From: Podarcis melisellensis
Taxonomy: Eukaryota
NCBI GenBank assembly: GCA_964234715.1
Contig: OZ174285.1
Length of the DNA: 64,000 bases
Direction: 5' to 3' (one strand)
A model generated the notes under the pieces. It ran no database searches. It was not told the origin of the DNA and saw only the letters and a list, made by a program, of their open reading frames with translations. The position numbers and the translations under genes are program-made. This document shows, piece by piece, positions 46,575-60,791 of this stretch (its first letter is position 1; every line of letters begins with the position of its first letter).

Positions 46575-46988
46575 CAGACCCTCCAAGGGTCCCTATTTTC
46601 CAGGGACAGTCCAAGATTTACAGAAGCTGCCCCAGTTTCTGATTTGATCAAAGAATGTCCTGCTTTCCTTAGAACATCTCTATTTTCACGAGAGAAATGT
46701 TGGAGGTTATGGTAGGACGTCCCTATTTTCTTGTGTGAAATGTTGGAGGTTGCAGAGTTATGCAACCCCCGAGCCAAGGAGATAAGTAACTATACAGCTT
46801 TTAGAAGACATCTGAAGGCAGCCCTGTATAGGGAAGTTTTAGTGTTTAATGATTTATTTTGTTTTTATATATGTTGGAAGTCGCCCAGAATGGCTGGAGC
46901 ATTTATACTGCGGGGTATAAAAAATAAAATTGTTGTTGTTATGGAATAGGACATCCCTATTTCTATCGGAGAAATGTTGGAGTGTATG
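46575..46988. mobile_element. Composite MITE with an internal L2 3' fragment
   Basis: Ends CAGACCCTCCAA / TTGGAGTGTATG; three ~40-bp subrepeats; 46775-46940 resembles the L2 tail at 34940-35127. Confidence 0.6.
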
Positions 46989-49435
46989 CATAACCTAGAG
47001 GTAGCAAATGCTCTTGTTTGATAGACAGGCTGATTCCCTTTCCTCTTCCCCTCAACCTCTGATAATAATCTTCATACCTGCATGAAGTTGGCTATAGTAA
47101 TAGCAGTGCCCTCTACCTATTCAAGCAACAGCACCATCAATTCCAGGCTACTCTGCCATGGCCAGGAGAATGGAGGTGACACCATTGCTTGGTGGTTGCC
47201 TGACAACTGCAACTTGGTCATCCTCTTCCCCGTTGCCCTCCTCCCAGATCAAAGGGATCTAGCAAAGGCAGGAAGCCTAGGGCAACGGACAGAGCCAGAA
47301 AATAGTGGAAATCTTGTGAGAGATGCAAAGCTAATCACCCACTTGGAGACCTCTTGTAGTTTGGGCCAATGCTATTGGAAGACCCTTCCAGAGATCTCTG
47401 AAAATGGCTTCCCTGGCACAGGCATTGCTAGCTGCTCAGCCAAATCACTTCAGCCTAGCTGCTTCCTTTCCTAAAAAAGCAAATCAAGTTTTCCAGGTGG
47501 ATGGATTCCAGGCTGCTTTTCAGAGTTCAGGGACATTATGTTAATGGTGCTGCATGGTGCTGCTAATCTTCTGGTCGTGGATTGAACTCACACATGCAAC
47601 AGTGCATGATTAGTGCATGGTTTAATAGAAGATATCCAAGTTAGGTGGGGTATAAATATTGTGGTGATGATGGTGGTGGTGAGTTGAGATAGGCCATGAG
47701 AGAAAAGCAAAACACTCCAAAAGTACTCAACATAAGCCATGTATAATCCTTTCTGGAAAACGGCTGAAGTTTTAACAATGATCATTTCTAGAACACCCTT
47801 CACTCTACTGGCTAGGGCTGATTGGAGCTGTAACCAAGAACATCAAAAAGGTGCCAGATAATGCATTAGAAAATGAACTTGTAGGTTTAAACACTACTGA
47901 AAGGTATGCTGTACATTTGAGGTTTAAGCTAAAGAGTCTTTGGTGATTTATTAATGATGTATATAATCTCTTATCCTGCAGCAATTATTACTAATTAGTG
48001 CTGTGCCCAAACCAGTTGTGCAATTTTCATAAAGTTTCCTTATGCATTGGGTTTTCTATGTCATTTGCAGGGCACCTTAGAATTTCTTTAGGGTTTTGGT
48101 GCATTGGGTGGGTTCCTCACCACCACCACTTCATCTTTCCATTAAATGTTTTCCCTGCACTCTGCAGCCTCCCTGGCTGCCTGTACTTCCTGATGTGAAA
48201 AGGCCCAAGGATGCACCTGCCCTGGTGCATCCCTTTGAGATCACCAACACACCTTCCCAATCTTCAAAGGGACATGCAGAGTGAAGACACTTCACCCTGG
48301 TGTGCCTCGTTGAAATTGTCAGGAAGTCCAACATTCAGGTGGCACCTTGTCCCCATGGAGTTGGTGCACTTGACCCCATGGGCACCTGGTTCTCCACTGG
48401 ACTAGATGAGCCTTTGGCCTGACCTAGTAGGTTCTTCTTATATTCCTATGTCCTTCATGTGTATTTTGGATATGCCTGGACAGAACATTCAGTGTTTTTT
48501 CAGCCACACACACATTTTTTGAATAAAGTTTTAAAGTCCAGCATTAAAAGCAGCAAACTCTATGGAGCGCTCATTGAATACATTTCTTTGTTGTTCCATG
48601 TCTTTTGCCTCATTGCTTCCATCTGCAATTGCTTTGACAGTCTGCTGAACATATTATATCTGAAATGTGCAATGCATCAACAAGAAACAAGGAATACTTT
48701 CTGGCACACCCCATACTGGTGGCAGTGGTGGTACAGGATGAAATTTATTATCTCTTCCCAAATATAACAGATCTCCTGAGATCTGCATGGAATCCATGGC
48801 AGGAAATCATTGATTTAATGGAACATCTCCACATATTGTGCCTCTGCACATATTCTGTAGAAAGATTGATTGCAAAAATATATTCAAGCAGTTTCGCAGA
48901 CATCGTAAAATCATCTCTTCCCTCCCTGCCTCGTCTCTTCTGCACCCCCTCCAAGCATCTGACACCGAGTTTGGAAACATTATTTTGTTCCAAATCAAAC
49001 CTGAAACCCAATGATGGATATATATTTTTCTTAAGCTTTTGAGTCCAGCAAAAGAAAGGGTTTGGGCAGAGAGAAAGGAGGAAATGGCAAGCAATAAGAT
49101 CAGAAGATCTACACAAATGATATGTGCATAACTGTAAGGTATGTCATTCCTTTTATCTGCTCTTAACATACGGTTTTTAACAACAAAAATTAAAACTTTC
49201 CTCGGTTTTTCTTTTTTCAAACTCCTTCAGAACTTCAGTCCTTCCGGGACAATATTCAGTGCCTCCCCAATTTCACCATCCATTAATTTTGTATTCAGGT
49301 GTAATATTGATTAATGTTACTTTAATAGTATTGAAGGAAGCAATGGACTTGTCCCCAAATCCTACCTGCCTTCCTCTCCTGGTGCATTGCATCCTTCACC
49401 CACTAGAATGAACTAGCAACAGAATTTAACTCAAG

Positions 49436-49842
49436 AATGGTTTCTTTTTGGCCTCTGTCTGTCTCGAAAGACAGTGGAGTGCACCTCCGGGGGTGAAGTT
49501 AAACCACTGTGTTAGCGGCATTGAAGTGATCTTCCTGGGGCATAAGCCTGGGCAGTGTATGTGGAGGTCTAGAGCTGCCTAGACACAAGATCCCCCACTC
49601 TTGGCCTCACTCATGTGGGGCAAAGGAAAGCACAGCAGTATGTTTGGCACCAGCTTGGTTGCAGAAGTTGCCAAAATGACGCCTGCAAGGCACCATCCAA
49701 CTGTCTTAGGCATTCGACTCCAGATTTGTGAAGGGTTTCCTTCCTTCTCTTCTCCTGAGGATATCCCACAAGGCAGCGGGGGTTTAGTATCAAAGTTTTC
49801 CTTCTCCTAGATGTGCTACCTTCCTAGGTTGATGAGCCCCAC
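49436..49842 (-). mobile_element. RTE-clade-derived non-autonomous retroelement
   Basis: Minus strand contains TCTAGGAGAAGGAAAACTTTGA..AAACC and GGCAACTTCTGCAACCAAGCTGGTGCCAA, motifs I recognise from RTE 5' regions. Confidence 0.55.
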
Positions 49843-50777
49843 ACCAATGAAGAGATGAAAACTGAATTATAGAAATATTCTAACACCCTAAAGCAAACAT
49901 CAGCACCGAAACCTCTATTTGTATTGAGTGGGCCAAAATCTTTCAAATGACAAATTTCTGAGAAAAACTGTTGGCAGATTCCTCTTCCCGCTCTTGCTGA
50001 CCACAAAGAGCATGGAGAATTTTGGGAGGCGATTTTCACTTGTCCCTAGATTCTATGAGGTGCAGATGTATCCTAGACTGTTGTCATTTATGAGACGGTC
50101 TGGGAGATGGCTGGCTCCCATACCTTATTGCTCAATGCTTTTTTATTATTATTAGTCATTTATTTTAGTTATTTATTATATCCCAAGTTTCAGGACCAAA
50201 TCTTGTCAAGGCAGTTTAATCAAATTATTGTAAGCTATATCAAAACATAACAAGTCATTGTGATTTTCCTCAGAGGGTAATTGGTGGCAGTGGCAGATGG
50301 AGTGACGTCCCAGCAACTGAGTCACTTCTGCTTACTGGGGCAGGAGGAGGACAGTGGGGTGGCGGGTGAGGCAATGAGGACATTGGCACTGTGCAAGCAA
50401 ACCAGCAGGAGTGCCATATTAGCTTTGCTGCTGCATTTTCACAGCACTGAATTGCATCTTCATTGCCTCTCTTGATTTGCAGCTGAATGTGTGAACTAGT
50501 GTCATGCACAATAAACTGAATGAGTTGATGTGGGGTAATCATAGCATCAGTAATAGCTTCTTCAAACATACAGTCATACAGTTCACCATTTAATGCTCCA
50601 GGAATGATATGCAATTTTGGAACAGCTTACCAAGTAGATGATTTAAAAGCATGCCTCACTGAGTTCAGTCGGAATCACTCCCAAGAAAGTTGGTATAGGG
50701 TTGCAACAACTACAATTGTTTTTGTAACTTTGCTTCATGTTTGGGACTCCTATCTGCAATACCAATAGATAGATGAT

Positions 50778-51125
50778 AAAGGTAAAGGTAAGGACCCTGA
50801 CAGTTAAGTGCAGTCGCAGACGACTCTGGGGTTGTACAGGCCGAGGGAGCTGGCGTTTGTCTGTTTTTCTGGGTCATGTGGCTAGCATGACTAAACCGCT
50901 TCTGGTGAAACCAGAGCAGCGCACGGAAACGCCGTTTACCTTCCCACTGGAGTGATACCTATTTATCTACTTGCATTGTTCGGTGTGCTTTTGAACTGCT
51001 AGGTTGGCAGGAGCTGGGACCAAGCAACGGGAGCTCACCCCGTTGTGGGGATGCAAACCACCGACCTTCTGATCGACAAGCCCAAGAGGGTCAGTGGTTT
51101 AGACCACAGTGCCACCCGCGTCCCC
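50778..51125 (-). mobile_element. Sauria SINE (Squam1) with small internal deletions
   Basis: Same family as 36426; 15-bp TSD TAGATAGATGATAAA (50766-50780, 51126-51140), overlapping the tail. Confidence 0.92.
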
Positions 51126-53130
51126 TAGATAGATGATAAATATACATAAAATAATGGATACATGGTATAAGAAATCCCTAGCTTGCTAATCACTCAAGGG
51201 TTGTTAAGATGATGGTTGGTGGGAGGGAGGTTTGGGGTCTTCTATTACTTTTATGATTGTTGATATATTGTGAGCAGTTTTTTTGTATTTTATAATGTTG
51301 TATGTTTTATGGATTTGAAATCTTAAACATTGAATCATATTCACATGCAAGCATCATGCTTGCTCCTGAGATCCAACTCTGTGTGGTGCATCTTAAGATA
51401 CAGATCTAGAAGTTTGTGGAACATGGACAGAAGCTCTGAGCTACACACTGTTCTGATCACAAAGTTTGCATTATTATATATTTCATTCATCGTTTTACCT
51501 CTAGAAGTTCTCAGAAACCTTTAGAAGTTTTCCATCCAGTACTATGCAACAGAAATAGGATGCCAGACCAAAATATTAAATCTGGTGTTCCGAAAGCCTA
51601 ATCTAAGCATTTAATCTATCGGAACCCAAATATTGCTACTTGGCTCCTTAGCCAGAAGCCCATGGGTTTGGGGCAATCACCAAGCACAACTTGTTTGTAC
51701 CACACAAATCCACCTTAGGTCATGAAAAAGCTCCTGGAATTTACAAACCAGGATTGAAGCTGACCAGTCACCATCACTCCTAAAAAGCAACAACCACATT
51801 TTAAGCAAATAACAGTATTTACAATTATCTGCACTATGTAAACATATGGAAATGAGTAACAGGCAGATTTTTATTCCAGGAGAGAATGGATATAATATTG
51901 TAGCTAATTTTGTGGTGCAAGTATAGTCCATGCTCTATACTGTTACTCCACTCAAAAACAGTAGCATAATGCATTTAATATCTGGTACTTGCATGAATTA
52001 ACTTTTAATCACTGATAGCGACTTATCCACTAAAAAGTGCCATTTCTTTCTCTCTTTTTTAAAAGGTGAGATATGAAAGATCCAGAACCTTATTCAATAT
52101 CAAAATGTACCTTTATTTTAGTATGTAATGTGGCTCTTTGAGTATGTAAAGCACAAAGAACACATTTTAGCAAAATTTAGTAAGACCACTCTATAAACAC
52201 CTCCTATCTATGATCCACCAATACCTCTGTTTCAGGAGCGCTTAAAATAAACAAATGAATAGAAACCTTGATAGATGTGTTTTCCTATTGTGACAGATCT
52301 TTCTAATATAATATTTCCTGGGGCCAGTGTGTGCCGTTTTATCTGTTCATCACTTTTCCTGACAGATGTATCAACAGGGGATATTCTCAGCAAACTGACT
52401 TTTAAAATATGTCATGGCTAGAGTGTTCGCCATTACAACTGATGTATGCAGATAATGTACACCACATGGTTGGTTGGGCTTTTTGTTTTTTTCCTTTAAG
52501 AATCCATCTTCGCGTCTGGCTTTAATCATTGACTAATCCATGAAATGTTGCAATCTTGGATTGGAAGAGCCTTTACACTCTTCTGTGGAATATAACTGTG
52601 GATTATAGGTGAAGCTGCATTAAGAGACTACAGGAGTTAATTATGCCTGAAGGTTTCCAGTGCTATCTGCATCAGCTGACGCTCTCAGAAAGCTATATAA
52701 ACAATTGGGGAGGTGTTATTAGTGGAAGGAGAAATCAGCCAGCATTTTCCTTAACTGGCGGCAATATCTTTGGGAGGGCTGCCGAAGTTCTGTCTCTGAC
52801 TGTACAAAGCCCACTCCCACTGTCTTTTGCACCTCCTGACGTATGGGTCTTCCATCCCTCTGGTTATCCCCTTTGCCAGTGGCTCTGAGACCACAAGGGA
52901 GACTCAGTGAGCTGCCGCTTTTCTAATTTTTCCTGGCAAGGGCAACGCTGGGCACCGTTTCTTTCATTATGTCCCTTTCGACAACCCCTTCACCCTTTCT
53001 CCCTCTGTCTTCCTCCTTTTTTTCTCTCTCCCTTTCCTTTCTTGGAAGGAGTACTCTCGGGGGCCAAGTCATCAGGCCAAACTGTAGAAAATGTAAATTT
53101 CTATATGTGAAATAATAAATAAACTACAGC

Positions 53131-53597
53131 TAGGAATATAAGGAAGTGGAATCAGACCTCTGGGCCATCTAGGTTAGTATTGCCTAGAATAGGGGATGGG
53201 GACATTTTTCAGCCTTTCTCAGAACCCTTCCAAGAGCCACATACCAGAGACAAATGTGGACTGAGCAACAATTGTAATTTTTACCTTTGTACAGTAAGCT
53301 AGTTTCAGCATACTCAAGTACTCCACTCTGTGTCTTCCACCCGGAATCAGAGTTCAAAGCAGGGATAATGAGGGGTGTGGACCAGGGAGAGTTCCAAATA
53401 CCAGGTGGAGAGGTCTAGAGGACCACATCTGGCCCCCAGGCCAAACAAACAAACAGGCTGTTTTCTACAAACAGGCTGCAGTTCTTCAGGGTTTCTCAGA
53501 GGGGTCTTTCCCATCCCCGACAGGAAGTACTGAAGGCTGAACCTGGGACCTTCTGTATGCAAAACATTGGCTCTATCCCTGAGCCATGTACCTTCCC
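53131..53597 (-). mobile_element. Squam2-like SINE interrupted by a hAT-like insert (~53190-53462)
   Basis: Tail part 53131-53189 and head part 53463-53597 (TGAACCTGGGACCTTCTGTATGCAAA..CTGAGC) match 1803-1967 in reverse. Confidence 0.6.
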
Positions 53598-55776
53598 TTA
53601 CTGCTGAAGCTATTAGGATTTGAAAGAAGAGAAGATGTCAGCCTTCTTTTCTGGCCAATTCACACTTGCTAAGAAACTCAAGCATAAAGGTCAATTTAAG
53701 GTACCATCAACAGCAGTCGTGCATCTCCTTCATCCTCTCTGTGTGTCATCTAGAGAGGAAATAATGTGGCATCGTGCTGGTGTCATCATGTGGTGAGTTT
53801 CATACACATCAACTGCCCTCAAAAATAAGGGACATGTTGCTTTTTCTTGTGGGAACATGGCTGCCATTTGGGGTACCTTCCTCTTGGGGACTGAGCTCTC
53901 ACCCTGAAAAAGCACTTTTCCCTCTCCACAATCACCTGGAAGATGGTGTTTCAGATTTGGGGCATGTCTTGTTGGCAGGTATGCTGTCTCCTTAGCAGAC
54001 TTTATTACAGAGGGAAATCTTCGTGATAACTGTCATAGAAGGCTGTCCACACAATAGCAGAGTAGTGCTATTGTAGACTTTAACAAATGATTCACTACAT
54101 ATTACCTTAGCACTGTCTCCCCTCCACCCTGCTCTTATTGGAGAACCTATCCTGAAAGAGGCAGGATTGAGAATTTTCTTAGGCTGCATCTGAACTGATC
54201 ACAGGTGAATGACTAAGGCGTATGTAAACCAAAACGATATACTGCCACTTCAGATTCCTTGGAGAGATGTGGCTGAGATTCTCTGCAATCTCACTTGTTG
54301 AGATTGGTAATTTTAAAAGTTTATCAGTCTTTCCTCCCTGTCAAATGGTAAATCGTGTTTAAGGAAGTTAAGAACAGATACTTGTGATTTTAAGAGGAAC
54401 ACAGACCCTTCAGCCTAGGAACTGAAGACAACATAGATCACCCACCCTATTTTGCCTTCACAACAGCCATGTGAAGTTGGTTAGGATAAAAATCCAAGGC
54501 CTCCCTGTGAGCCTTATGGATAGATGGGCATTTGAATCCAGGTTTCACCAGCTCAGCTTCAAAACTCCATGTACAACTCCATTCAAAAAGTGAATGGAAA
54601 CCCTCTTGGTCTCTTTGAGGGAGGCAAGGTTAAAGGAATGTCATGTACAGTAGATATGCTCAGGTCCTCTGTATCTGCAAAGTATGGGATTAATTACATA
54701 AGAGAGATGCTATAAAATATCTAAAATATCCAAATACATTAGAGAATATTTGAGAATCCAGACCTGGCCAATGCCCGATTAAATAACTATGTGTTTATCA
54801 ACTTGCCATTATCCCTGCCCCAAACCACCACTTTCATCTCTACCCTTTGGCATTTTTTTCTATGTATTCCTGCCCCCTCCACTTTACCATTCATCCCACT
54901 ATTCTGTTTCTTTCCTCTTTGGACTATACTTTCTCCTCCATTTGTATTCAGCCAGGAAAGACGGGTATGAAGGGAGAAAACTGAAAATCTCCAACCCAGC
55001 TGCTTGATGCTGATACTTGGGGAAACGAACAGTTTTAGTGGGGATAGAGGGTGAGGGGGGAGTGCTCTTCAAACTTGAGGGATAGCCCTTAGGAATTTGA
55101 AATATTCCTTTTTCAGCCTGCCATGAGGAATGGATGAAGAAAGGTTCCCTAGGCTAGTATATATACATTGATGAGCTGAGCGTATTAGTGCAGCTGTTTC
55201 AAACCACTTTGGCAGATGCTTGAAAAATTAGAGCTCTTCTGAAATGTTCAGACACTGGAGGATTCCCTTTCCCCTTCTTATTGATGTAATGCAGGCCTCC
55301 TAAACCTGATGCTCTCCAGATATTTTGCACTGCCACTGCCATCATCCCTGACCATTGGCCATGCTGGATGAGGTTGTGGTCCAACCCCAGGTTGGGAAAG
55401 GCTGTTCACGCACCCTTCGGCTTTTCTTTCAGTCTTAACACTAGCCCAATGAGTGTATCGTACCAATGTTTAAATAGTTTAGCTACAGGATCAGAATGCA
55501 CTGATCTGACCACACTGGAAAGAAAGTTACTGTGCTGTGCACATGTACCAACAATTAAAGTAAACTAAGGACTTTTACGGGAAGTGAGCTACTGCTCATG
55601 ATGATTACATGGTACCTCTATACTCTTTACTTCACTTTGGGCATGAACATCCATGCCATCTTCAACCACAGCAAAGCAACCTTTTAAAAACATGGGTGAT
55701 GGGCAGTGTGCAAATTACAGGGTGGCGGTGCCCTTCTTCCCCTTTGTAATGGCCCCCTTCAGCTATTGGTTTAGAA

Positions 55777-56030
55777 CAAGGGTCAGCAACCTTTTCCAGC
55801 CATGGGCCGATCCACCATCCCTCAGACCATGTGGGGGGCTGGACTATATTTTTTTTGGGGGGGGGAATGAACGAATTCCTATGCCCCACAAATAACCCAG
55901 AGATGCATTTTAAATAAAAGGACACATTCTACTCATGTAAAAACACACTGTTTCCCGGACCGTCCATGGGCTGGATTGAGAAGGCAATTGGGCCGCATCC
56001 GACCCCCGGGCCTTAGGTTGCCTACCCCTG
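55777..56030. mobile_element. Non-autonomous hAT element
   Basis: TIRs CAAGGGTCAGCAACC / GGTTGCCTACCCCTG; TSD GTTTAGAA / GTTTAGAG. Confidence 0.8.
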
Positions 56031-56309
56031 GTTTAGAGTCTAAACTTTGGAGCGCTTGGGGGAGTGATTTCCCATGCACACATCCCACATGTCTCTCTGT
56101 GGCTCTGCTCTTGGCTAAGGCAGGCAGTCTGGTCTTCAGCTCAGTCTCATTTTGTTTACTCGTGCTACCTATCCAGAAAGACCCATGTCCAGTGCTCGGA
56201 TTACAAGAGGGCCAGAGTCCATTTGCCCTTGCCTCCTTACCTTTTGAGATGCCTCCCCCTTAATTACTGTTTTTAGAAAGCTGTAGGGAGCATGAATCAG
56301 CTAAAACTG

Positions 56310-56337
56310 GGAGGAGGAGGAGGAGGAGGAGGAGGAA
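56310..56337. repeat. (GGA)n microsatellite
   Basis: Direct reading. Confidence 0.9.
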
Positions 56338-56897
56338 GGGTGGAGGAGTTGGGAGACCTGTCTTTCCCCCCACAATTTGAGCACTGTTGATGAGCTATGT
56401 CATTCAGTCATGCAAAGGAAAGAGATCGTAGGCATTTAATTAGCTGGATAAGTGAATTTGCTTACTACGTGAGCACTGATGTTCACTTGATGTGTCTAGA
56501 ACCAGGAGTGCAGTTCATACCTGCCTGCTAGGGTGGAGACTGAGGCCAGTACGCTGCCTTCTCTGGACATAGGAGGGCTGGATTGAGTTTTTGCTATAGG
56601 CTGGCAAGAAGTTGGTTTGTAAGTCATGCTGTGGCCTGTTGCTGCTCCGAAGATGGAGAAAGTGGTGTGTATGTTTTCCCACTAGAGAGTTGAAAGCAGT
56701 TTGAAAGAGAGATCACAGCTCACCATGTGTATTCTCATTTCCCTTTTCTACCAGCAAACAGGTTTCTGTAAGCTACTCTTGTTTCAAAAACCTACAGAGC
56801 CTACAGTGGGATAAAGCAGTTAGGTATTTTTGTCGTGTTGTTAGCCACCTTGAGCATGGTTTGAATTATGGAAAGGCGGCATACAAATAAAATTATT

Positions 56898-56935
56898 TAT
56901 GTATGTATGTATGTATGTATGTATGTATGTATGTA
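56898..56935. repeat. (TATG)n microsatellite, tail of a short L2-like 3' end
   Basis: Follows GTTAGCCACCTTGAGC..GAAAGGCGGCATACAAATAAA. Confidence 0.8.
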
Positions 56936-57110
56936 CTTCACATGGGTAAGGTCCTAGGCTTAGTTTCCAACATTTCACATTAAAAAGGGATGAGGCAGCA
57001 GGAGTTGGTAAAGTCCTCTGCCTAAGGCCTAGGGTTCATTGTAAGTCACAGCAGATAGCTCTAGACTAGACAGTCAAATAGTGTAACCTACTGTAAGACA
57101 ACTTCCTGTG

Positions 57111-57492
57111 TAGGGGTGGGTAAATCTGTAAATTCTAGTTTCCCTTGGTTTTTCATTTTTTCAATCTTAAATTCAGTTCTCTACATTTCCCCATTAGTTT
57201 GTGATAGTTTTAAGGCCTCGTGAAAATTCAACTGCTCTTTAGTGTGAATTTCTCCCTATATAGATATCCTTGTATGCAGTTTTGTTCAATCTAAACATTT
57301 CTGCAAAGCAATTTTATCTTACATTATGTTTTTTCATATGCCATTTTCATATGCGTTTTTCTATGTTACTTGGCATTGCAAAATTCAGAGAAGAGTCCAT
57401 TTCAAAGGATGACTGTGTATCAGTTCACATGATACTTTGGAACATGCCAGTTAAGAAGGTTCACCTATAAATGCAAACTGCACCCATCCCTA
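57111..57492. mobile_element. Old AT-rich non-autonomous DNA element
   Basis: Termini TAGGGGTGGGT / ACCCATCCCTA; related degenerate sequence at about 5785-6130, 33410-33808, 36830-37125 and 59690-59885. Confidence 0.55.
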
Positions 57493-57777
57493 TACCTAAG
57501 TCCTTACATCTTTAGCTTGGAGTTGCCTACGTACCTGCAAGTTCTTTTCTTCCACTCAACCCAACTCTGCCTATATTATATGTTCTTAAATAAATTTAAC
57601 TAATTACTAAAGGAATCCCAAGCCTCAGAGCCCTACCTTGGCAGGGGTGTGTGTGTCCTGTTGCCACATTTCCCCATGGGGTAAACTCTCATCTCCCAAG
57701 GATACCTGCCATGGCTGCCACTGTGCAGTTGTTACTGTCTGGGGACAGCGGATATAGTTAATGTGCAATTTTGCATA

Positions 57778-58053
57778 GGTCCCATCTTCACTCTACATTT
57801 AGAGCAGTATCATACCACTTTAAACCAATATGCATTCTCCCAAAGAATCCTGGGAATTGTAATTCCCCTCACAAAGCTACAGTTCGCAGAGTGTTTTAAC
57901 CATCAGTGCCTCTTCCCAGAACCTTCTGGGAATTGTAGTTCTGTGAGGTGAACAGCATTTTCCTCAACTCTCAGCACCTTTATCAAGCTACAGTTCCCAG
58001 GGTTCCTGGCTGTGGTTTGAGACTGCTTTACATTTATAGTGCAGAGGGGGCCC
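57778..58053. mobile_element. Palindromic MITE
   Basis: Termini GGTCCCATCTTCAC / GTGCAGAGGGGGCCC; alternating CTGGGAATTGTA and CTACAGTTCCCAG inverted units. Confidence 0.55.
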
Positions 58054-60791
58054 TATTAGCTTTCCTGAAATAGCTTGTGGGCCAAGAGTGCCAAGGCACA
58101 TACAATTAAAATCTTTTCCCCAAAGCATTCCTTGACAAAATAATAATAATAATGGATTTCATTTTAAAGTTAGAAACGAAAATGCATGTGCAAGTGTGGA
58201 GATATAACGCAATACATTTCTTGCTGTCAAAATGTGCTTAGAAATGTATAGCAGAGGCCAGCAGGATGTTGCGGGGGGTTGGGGAGGGGAAAAGAGGTAC
58301 ACATTTTGCTGGTGTCAGGTGCCAGTAAATGTCTGCATTTGTTTATACATTAATACTGCATGCGAAATCCAAGATGGTCAGTCGCCAAATGTTGCGCTGT
58401 GCTGTCCAACTTGGTTCTCATTCTGAAATCCTCTGTGCCAAAAGTGATGTTTATAACATTTTAATGTGTTGTGTAAGAAGAGAACTAGGTAGTTAAGCTG
58501 ATTGAATAATTAATCTTACTGTCCTGGGCTGCATGGATTTAAACCGAGTGTACATCTCAGACTATTCATGGGAAAGCATTTCTTTTGAAGTAATTGAAAT
58601 AGGCTTGGCGAATGCTGCAGTTTAAAATCCTCCAGATCAGCATTTTAAGAGCTGATTCTGCTAATAAACATGTAAGCTGCTGAATACCAACACCCACACT
58701 CAGGCTTCTGAAATCCTTGGCCATGCTTATATCAGAGCAATCTTTTTTAATAAGGAAAGAACCAGGTATAAAACAGTGTGACTGCAAAGGAGGTACACAT
58801 TTGAAAGTGACAACTGAGCTACACTGCCTTATCTTATTTCTTTTTCTCCTTACCCCATATTTCATTTTCCTGGCTCCTTCAAACCTTGTTCTTTTTTCAA
58901 TTTATCATTTTTGAGAATAAACAATGTCTATAACGAGTTAAATACTAATATGCTTTATGTGACATATTAAATTTAATTTTTCAGCATTTTGATTTATAAT
59001 TCATACAAGTCACTGGATAAAAACTCAGAAAACAATTCAAAAAACACGGGAGAAAAACTCAGGAGAAAACAACTCAGAAAACATATACAGTATAAGCATA
59101 TATGCTTAATACAGCCATTGAAAGACAGTCAAAAGTGGGAGGTCTTCTTACTGCACTTCCAGAAAATTCAGGATCCTTCTCTGTACACTCTTTCCGCACA
59201 GTGCATCATATTCTCAAAGGGCTGAACTTTTGGAGTCAAACTGATTTTTTAAACAAATCATAAGAGCGTTATCTAAACTGCAAATCTCAGGAAATTGAAG
59301 CATTTCTCTCTTTGCGCCTAGGGCAGTTCCTGCTCTGAATAGACCATATGCGCCTAGTGACTCTCTTTGTGATGCACAATTTGGGAATTAGCCTCTACAA
59401 CCTATGGGGATTTGGAATTAGTGAAAGACCTTTCCCAGTGCTTCTCCATACATTTCTAGTGCTTTTTATGCCACATGGATTAGAATCGGGACGAAGAGTT
59501 GGGCACACTAGAAACAGCACAGGGAATGTCAGAATGATAGTGACAGGCAGTCAGGGCTTAGTTAGTTTTAGACTTGCAGGTTTGGGACAAAAAAGATCCT
59601 AACAGAGTTTCAGCCCGCCATCTCCTCCAATATGGGCATTCATGCTCCCTGGCTCCCATCACCTTAATTTTTTTCTTCTTTTATAACTATTACTTTGAAT
59701 TCTCCAACCAAGTAACCTGTGCAAAAATACATACATTAGAGGAAAGTGTGCATAGACATACAGCAATGCATCATGTTAGGGAAAATTCCTTATAAAAATT
59801 GAGAATCTGCTCTAAAATGCTGAGAAATGTTCATGAGGACTTCTTTAAAAATGGAATTTGCAAGCTGGAAATGTGGAGAACTGAATGTTTTGATGAACTG
59901 CAGTTTGATAAACAAACTGCCTGCTGTGGGAAGTTTTTAAAAGATTCAGATTATTATTTCACATTTGTGCATTGATAGTTCAGCAATGGTATGGGGGAAT
60001 GGATATGCAAACTTTATAATGACTCGAAATACACATTTCGAGGGGACGTTTTCATCATTTGCTCATCCGTGCAAAAAAAAAAACTTCCCCTTGCACTGTA
60101 ATATTTTTCTAACGTCTCTCAATTTATAACCTTCTTTGGAGGATCTCTCTGTCAAGTGCTTAAGAATGTGTGACTTTCTGGCAAGGCACATCCATTCAAC
60201 AGGCTAATTATATCAAGCATGTGCACTTTACATTTGCAAAAGCTTTGAAAATGTAAACTAATTAATGTTCCAGAAGCACAGGAAGCAATAAAGTTTTAGT
60301 AGGGCTTAGCATGGAATGGAGCAGTGCAGCTTTAATCAGTCTGTTGGACTAAGCGGGAAATTGGCTCAGCTGAACACCCTGGTATTGGGCTAGTTGGAGC
60401 TCAGTGTCTGAAGCAAAAACTAATTGAAAGTCTGTGGAAGTCTTGGCTATGGGTCCTTCTTACCCCCAAAAAATATGCCCTGGCTTTTTCAGGTGTCCAA
60501 TCAACATGTTTAGCCTTAGGACGTCCACAAAGTAGTATATTCATAGAGCAGTGTCTCAGTACTATACAAATCTACTAGGAATTGAAGTCCCATTGAGCTA
60601 TCCCTGGCATCTCTGGGTAAGACTGGATAAGACCCACTGTTGTCAGTCAGTGTAGACAATATTGAGCTAGATGCACCAATAGCCTGACTATTACGGCAGC
60701 TTCATGTGTTCCAATTCCCAGATAAATAGATAAAGAATAGCACCACTCAAAACTACAAGCTTACTACTTCAGTATATTATATAAGAACATA

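Noticed and set aside
48665-49340. Cluster of 120-137-aa ORFs on both strands
   Set aside because: No recognisable protein; probably a decayed LINE fragment, too degraded to call.
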